Shown here: positions 55,317 through 58,835 of the stretch, in pieces
How the letters are laid out: every line of letters starts with the position of its first letter
How positions within the stretch are numbered: position 1 is the stretch's first letter
Source: Candidatus Eiseniibacteriota bacterium
GTDB lineage: Bacteria; Eisenbacteria; RBG-16-71-46
Length of the DNA stretch: 58,835 nucleotides
Direction: 5' to 3'
NCBI GenBank assembly: GCA_044222065.1
Contig: JBGAOA010000021.1
Coordinates: 1 to 58,835, forward strand
Notes under the pieces: generated by a model
The model's database searches: none
The model's input: only the letters and a program-made list of their open reading frames with translations
What the model was told of the DNA's origin: nothing
Position numbers and translations under genes: made by a program

Positions 55317-56101
55317 GCGACGCGCTGCTCCGGCTCGAGAACGTCACGATCCAGTTCGGCGGGCTCAAGGCCGTCGCGGACCTGGACCTCGCGCTGCCGA
55401 AGGGCTCGCTGTTCGGGCTCATCGGCCCGAACGGCGCCGGCAAGACGACCGTGTTCAACCTGATCACGGGCGTGTACGCGCCGACCGCCGGCCGCATCCT
55501 GCTGAACGGCGAGCCGATCCACGGCCTGCGTCCGAGCGCGATCGCGCGCAAGGGCGTCACGCGCACGTTCCAGAACATCCGGCTCTTCGCCTCGCGCACC
55601 TGCCTCGACAACGTGCGCATCGCCGCGCACCAGCACGCGCAGGCGTCGCTCGCGGACGCGCTGCTGCGCAACGACCGCTTCGCGCGCGACGAGGCCGCGA
55701 TGGAGAAGACCGCGCGCGAGCTGCTCGACCGCCTCGGCCTCGCGGCGTACGCCGACGTGCTCGCGCTCGAGCTGCCGTACGGGCAGCAGCGCCGGCTCGA
55801 GATCGCGCGCGCGCTCGCGGGCCGCCCGAGCCTGCTGCTGCTCGACGAGCCCGCCGCGGGCCTCAACCCGCAGGAGAGCGAGGCTCTCATGCACACGATC
55901 GAGCAGCTGCGCGAGAGCCTCGGGCTTACGATCCTGCTCATCGAGCACGACATGAAGGTCGTCATGGGCTGCTGCCGCCAGATCGCGGTGCTCGACTACG
56001 GCGTCAAGATCGCCGAGGGGTCCGCGGCCGCGATCCGCAACGACCCGAAGGTCGTCGAGGCGTACCTCGGCGAGGACGTTCACGCAGGCGGCGAGTCGTG
56101 A
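55313..56101 (+). CDS. livG: Branched-chain amino acid ABC transporter ATP-binding protein
   Basis: GPNGAGKTT, RTFQN, LPYGQQRRLEIARAL, LLDEPAAG, VVEAYLG. Confidence 0.95.
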   Translation: MSDALLRLENVTIQFGGLKAVADLDLALPKGSLFGLIGPNGAGKTTVFNLITGVYAPTAGRILLNGEPIHGLRPSAIARKGVTRTFQNIRLFASRTCLDNVRIAAHQHAQASLADALLRNDRFARDEAAMEKTARELLDRLGLAAYADVLALELPYGQQRRLEIARALAGRPSLLLLDEPAAGLNPQESEALMHTIEQLRESLGLTILLIEHDMKVVMGCCRQIAVLDYGVKIAEGSAAAIRNDPKVVEAYLGEDVHAGGES

Positions 56102-56805
56102 TCCTCGAGGTGAACGCGCTCGACGTCCGCTACGGCGCCGTCCAGGCGCTGAAGGGCGTCACGCTCGCGGCGGCCGAGGGCGAGATCGTCACGCTGATCG
56201 GCGCGAACGGTGCCGGCAAGTCCACGCTGCTGCGCGCGATCTCCGGACTCGTGCCCGCGCGTTCGGGCTCGATCCGCTTCGAGGGCCGCGACCTCGCGAA
56301 GGTGCCGCCCCACCAGATCGTCGGCCTCGGGATCTCGCACTCGCCCGAGGGGCGCATGGTGTTCGCGAACCTCACGGTCGAGGACAACCTCGAACTCGGC
56401 GCGTACCTGCGCAAGGACCGCCCGGGCGTGCAGAAGGACCGCGACGAGGTGTTCCGGCTGTTCCCGCGGCTGCTCGAGCGCCGCCGCCAGGCCGCGGGGA
56501 CGCTGTCCGGCGGCGAGCAGCAGATGCTCGCGATCGGCCGCGCGCTCATGAGCCGCCCGCGGCTGCTGCTGCTCGACGAACCGTCGCTCGGGCTCGCGCC
56601 GCTCCTGGTGCGCGAGATCTTCAGGACGATCGTCGAGATCAACCGACGCGGCGTCACCGTGCTGCTCGTCGAGCAGAACGCGCACATGGCGCTGTCCATC
56701 GCGGGACGCGGCTACGTGCTCGAGACGGGCGCCGTGCGGCTCGAGGATCGGGCGTCGTCGCTGCTCGCGAACGACGCGGTCAGGCAGGCGTACCTGGGCG
56801 GCTGA
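56098..56805 (+). CDS. livF: Branched-chain amino acid ABC transporter ATP-binding protein
   Basis: GANGAGKST, PEGR, LSGGEQQMLAIGRAL, LDEPSLGLAP, VEQN. Confidence 0.96.
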   Translation: MILEVNALDVRYGAVQALKGVTLAAAEGEIVTLIGANGAGKSTLLRAISGLVPARSGSIRFEGRDLAKVPPHQIVGLGISHSPEGRMVFANLTVEDNLELGAYLRKDRPGVQKDRDEVFRLFPRLLERRRQAAGTLSGGEQQMLAIGRALMSRPRLLLLDEPSLGLAPLLVREIFRTIVEINRRGVTVLLVEQNAHMALSIAGRGYVLETGAVRLEDRASSLLANDAVRQAYLGG

Positions 56806-56821
56806 GCCGCCGCCGGCACCG

Positions 56822-58834
56822 CTACGCCGCGCGCTTCGCGACGCGCTCCGCGCGCCACGCGTCGGCGCTCTCGAGGATGCGCGCGATGTCCTCGATCGAG
56901 AACGGCTTCGCGATCACGTCGTCGGCGCCCGCCTCGTGCGCTCGCTCGCGCTCGACTTCGTTGCCCCAGCCCGTCACGAACACGACCGGCGTCGCGTCGT
57001 CCACCTCGCGTACGAGCCGCACGAACTCCCAGCCCGTGACGCCCGGCATTCCGAGGTCGGTGAAGATGACGTCGAAGCGCCCCAGCTCGTAGGCCGCGAG
57101 CGCCGCCTCGGCGCGCGCGTAGCTCTCGCTCGTGTGCCCGAGCTCGCGCACGACGTCGGCGAGCAGGTCGCGCACGCTCTGCTGGTCGTCCACGACCATG
57201 ACGTGAAGCCGCCGCGCGGACGCGCCGGAGCTCGGATCCGGGCCCGGCGCGCGGTCGGGCGCCGCGGCGCGCGGCAGCGACACGTCGAACGCGGTGCCCT
57301 CGCCCGGCACGCTGCGCACGCTCATCTCGCCGCCGTGACGCTGCACGATGCCGTAGACGACCGACAGTCCGAGGCCGGTGCCGTGCAGGCCCTTCGTCGT
57401 GAAGAACGGATCGAAGATGCGCTGCTGCACTTCGGGGGAGATGCCGGCGCCCGTGTCCTCGACGCTGCCGACCACGCGGTCGCCGTTCGCGCGCACCGCG
57501 AGCCGCAGGCGGCCTCCTCCCGGCATCGCGTCGAGCGCGTTCAGGATCAGGTTCGTGAACACCTCGCGCAGCTGCGACGGATGGCCCGACACCCACGCGT
57601 CGGGCTCGAAATCGAACTCGACCGCGAGCCGCGACTCGTGCTCGGTCGCGCCGTGCTTCTCGCGCAGGCGCGACAGCTCCCACGCGGCGCGCACGATCTC
57701 TCCGAGGTCCGAGAGCGCGGGCGGCTCGGCGGCCTCGGGTTTGTGCAGGTGTCGGAGCCGCCGCACGGTGTCGGCGCCGTCGCGCGCCGCCGTTTCCATG
57801 ACGCCGAGCGCCTCGGACAGTTCGTGCGCCGGCAGCGCGCTGGCCGCGCTGCGCCGTCGCAGCAGCTGGATGCGCGCGAGGATCGCGCCGAGCACGTTGT
57901 TGAAGTCGTGCGCGATGCCGGACGCCATCTCGCCCGTCGCGCGCATCTTCTCGGTGTGGATGAGCCGCGTCTGAGCCTGCGCGAGCGTGTCGAACGCCTC
58001 GCGCAGGCTGCCGCGCAGCGCCGCGGCGTGCATCGTCGGCTGCAGGTGGGCCGCGAGTTCGAGCGCGAGCCGCAGCCGCGCCGCGATCGCGACTTCGGCG
58101 GCGCGCCCGGCGACGAGCAGGATCGCGGTCGTGCCGTCGGTCCAGGGCAGCGCGATCACGTGAACGACCGCGCATCCGCGGGCCGCGAGTTCGGCGGCGA
58201 GCCCGGCGGGCAGCGCGCCGTCGCGCGCGAGTTCGAGCGTGGTCCACTCGTCGCTCGACACGACGTTCCAGACGTGTGACTCGCCCTCGCTCGCCGGCAG
58301 CGCCACGTCGGCCGGGTGACGGTGCGCGAGCGCGTGGCCGCGGCCGTCGGGCGCGGGCTGCGCGAGCACGATCGCGGGGAACCCGGCGGCGCGCTCGATC
58401 TGGCGCGCGACGACCTCGAACGCCCCGGCCGGCGTGTCGCACGCCTGCGTCTCCTGGGCGATGCGGCCCGAGGCGTCGGCGAGCGTCCGCAGCGCCTCGG
58501 CTTCGGCGCGCTCGTGCGCGCGCGCGCGCTGCAGCGAGTCGGCCATGGCGTTGAGCGACGAGGCGAGCGCCCCGAGTTCGTCGGAGCCGCGCACGGGCAG
58601 CCGCTCCTCGAGGCGTCCCGCGGCGACCGCCGCCGCGAGGTCGCCGGCCTCGCGCAGCGGATGAACGACGATCTGCGTGAGCAGCAGCGAGCCGAAGAAC
58701 CCGATGAGCAGCGTCGCAGCGAGGAGCGCGTAGCCGAACCGCTGGGACTCGTGGAACGCCGCGAGCGGCCGGCGCGCGCTCACGACGACGCGCACAGCGC
58801 CCGAGGGGCGGGCGGCGTGCGCGCCGGGCGCGGC
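56822..58834 (-). CDS. Hybrid sensor histidine kinase (TM-HAMP-GAF-like-HisKA-HATPase-REC), 5' end outside window
   Basis: AHDFNN H-box, NLILNALDA, DTGAGI, FDPFFTTK, GTGLGL; REC VVDD, TDLGMP, KPF; frame open to the window edge. Confidence 0.92.
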   Translation of the reverse strand, partial: AAPGAHAARPSGAVRVVVSARRPLAAFHESQRFGYALLAATLLIGFFGSLLLTQIVVHPLREAGDLAAAVAAGRLEERLPVRGSDELGALASSLNAMADSLQRARAHERAEAEALRTLADASGRIAQETQACDTPAGAFEVVARQIERAAGFPAIVLAQPAPDGRGHALAHRHPADVALPASEGESHVWNVVSSDEWTTLELARDGALPAGLAAELAARGCAVVHVIALPWTDGTTAILLVAGRAAEVAIAARLRLALELAAHLQPTMHAAALRGSLREAFDTLAQAQTRLIHTEKMRATGEMASGIAHDFNNVLGAILARIQLLRRRSAASALPAHELSEALGVMETAARDGADTVRRLRHLHKPEAAEPPALSDLGEIVRAAWELSRLREKHGATEHESRLAVEFDFEPDAWVSGHPSQLREVFTNLILNALDAMPGGGRLRLAVRANGDRVVGSVEDTGAGISPEVQQRIFDPFFTTKGLHGTGLGLSVVYGIVQRHGGEMSVRSVPGEGTAFDVSLPRAAAPDRAPGPDPSSGASARRLHVMVVDDQQSVRDLLADVVRELGHTSESYARAEAALAAYELGRFDVIFTDLGMPGVTGWEFVRLVREVDDATPVVFVTGWGNEVERERAHEAGADDVIAKPFSIEDIARILESADAWRAERVAKRAA

Positions 58835-58835
58835 C

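Overview
Very GC-rich bacterial chromosome segment with three zones. (1) Bases 1 to about 7,100 and 19,900-21,800: a + strand run of small cassette-like genes (toxin-antitoxin pair, DinB, cupin, GNATs, VOC proteins, NTF2-like, EamA, MBL hydrolase, serine hydrolase). It has one intact integron attC site (179-278) followed by increasingly eroded ones; no integrase lies in the window. (2) A 13.15-kb island bracketed by a 183-bp direct repeat (15 mismatches) of a GNAT gene 3' half. It encodes an exported TPR-CHAT caspase-like protease, divergent from an ECF sigma factor and a membrane Ser/Thr kinase with an extracytoplasmic DUF4384-like domain, plus two 14-repeat beta-propeller proteins with FlgD-Ig/T9SS-like C-terminal domains. 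Protease and kinase share an R-G-[F/M]-G-G-I motif. This island is the best candidate for an undescribed protease-triggered signalling system. (3) Core genome: an ECF/YCII pair; porin-cheW-MCP (sigma28-like promoter, MCP broken by an in-frame TAG); GH1-GH94; recA-recX-alaS-rmlA-rmlD-gmhA-ubiA-like-ispE-spoVG-tRNA-Gln-prs-rplY-pth-rpsF-rpsR-DUF2232-rplI; parvulin, DUF151, TonB, a double-domain amidase, livKHMGF and a partial hybrid histidine kinase. Gene content suggests an FCB-related candidate lineage such as Ca. Eisenbacteria (inference only). All family calls come from motif recognition by eye, not database searches, and start codons were chosen by RBS, overlap and homology reasoning.
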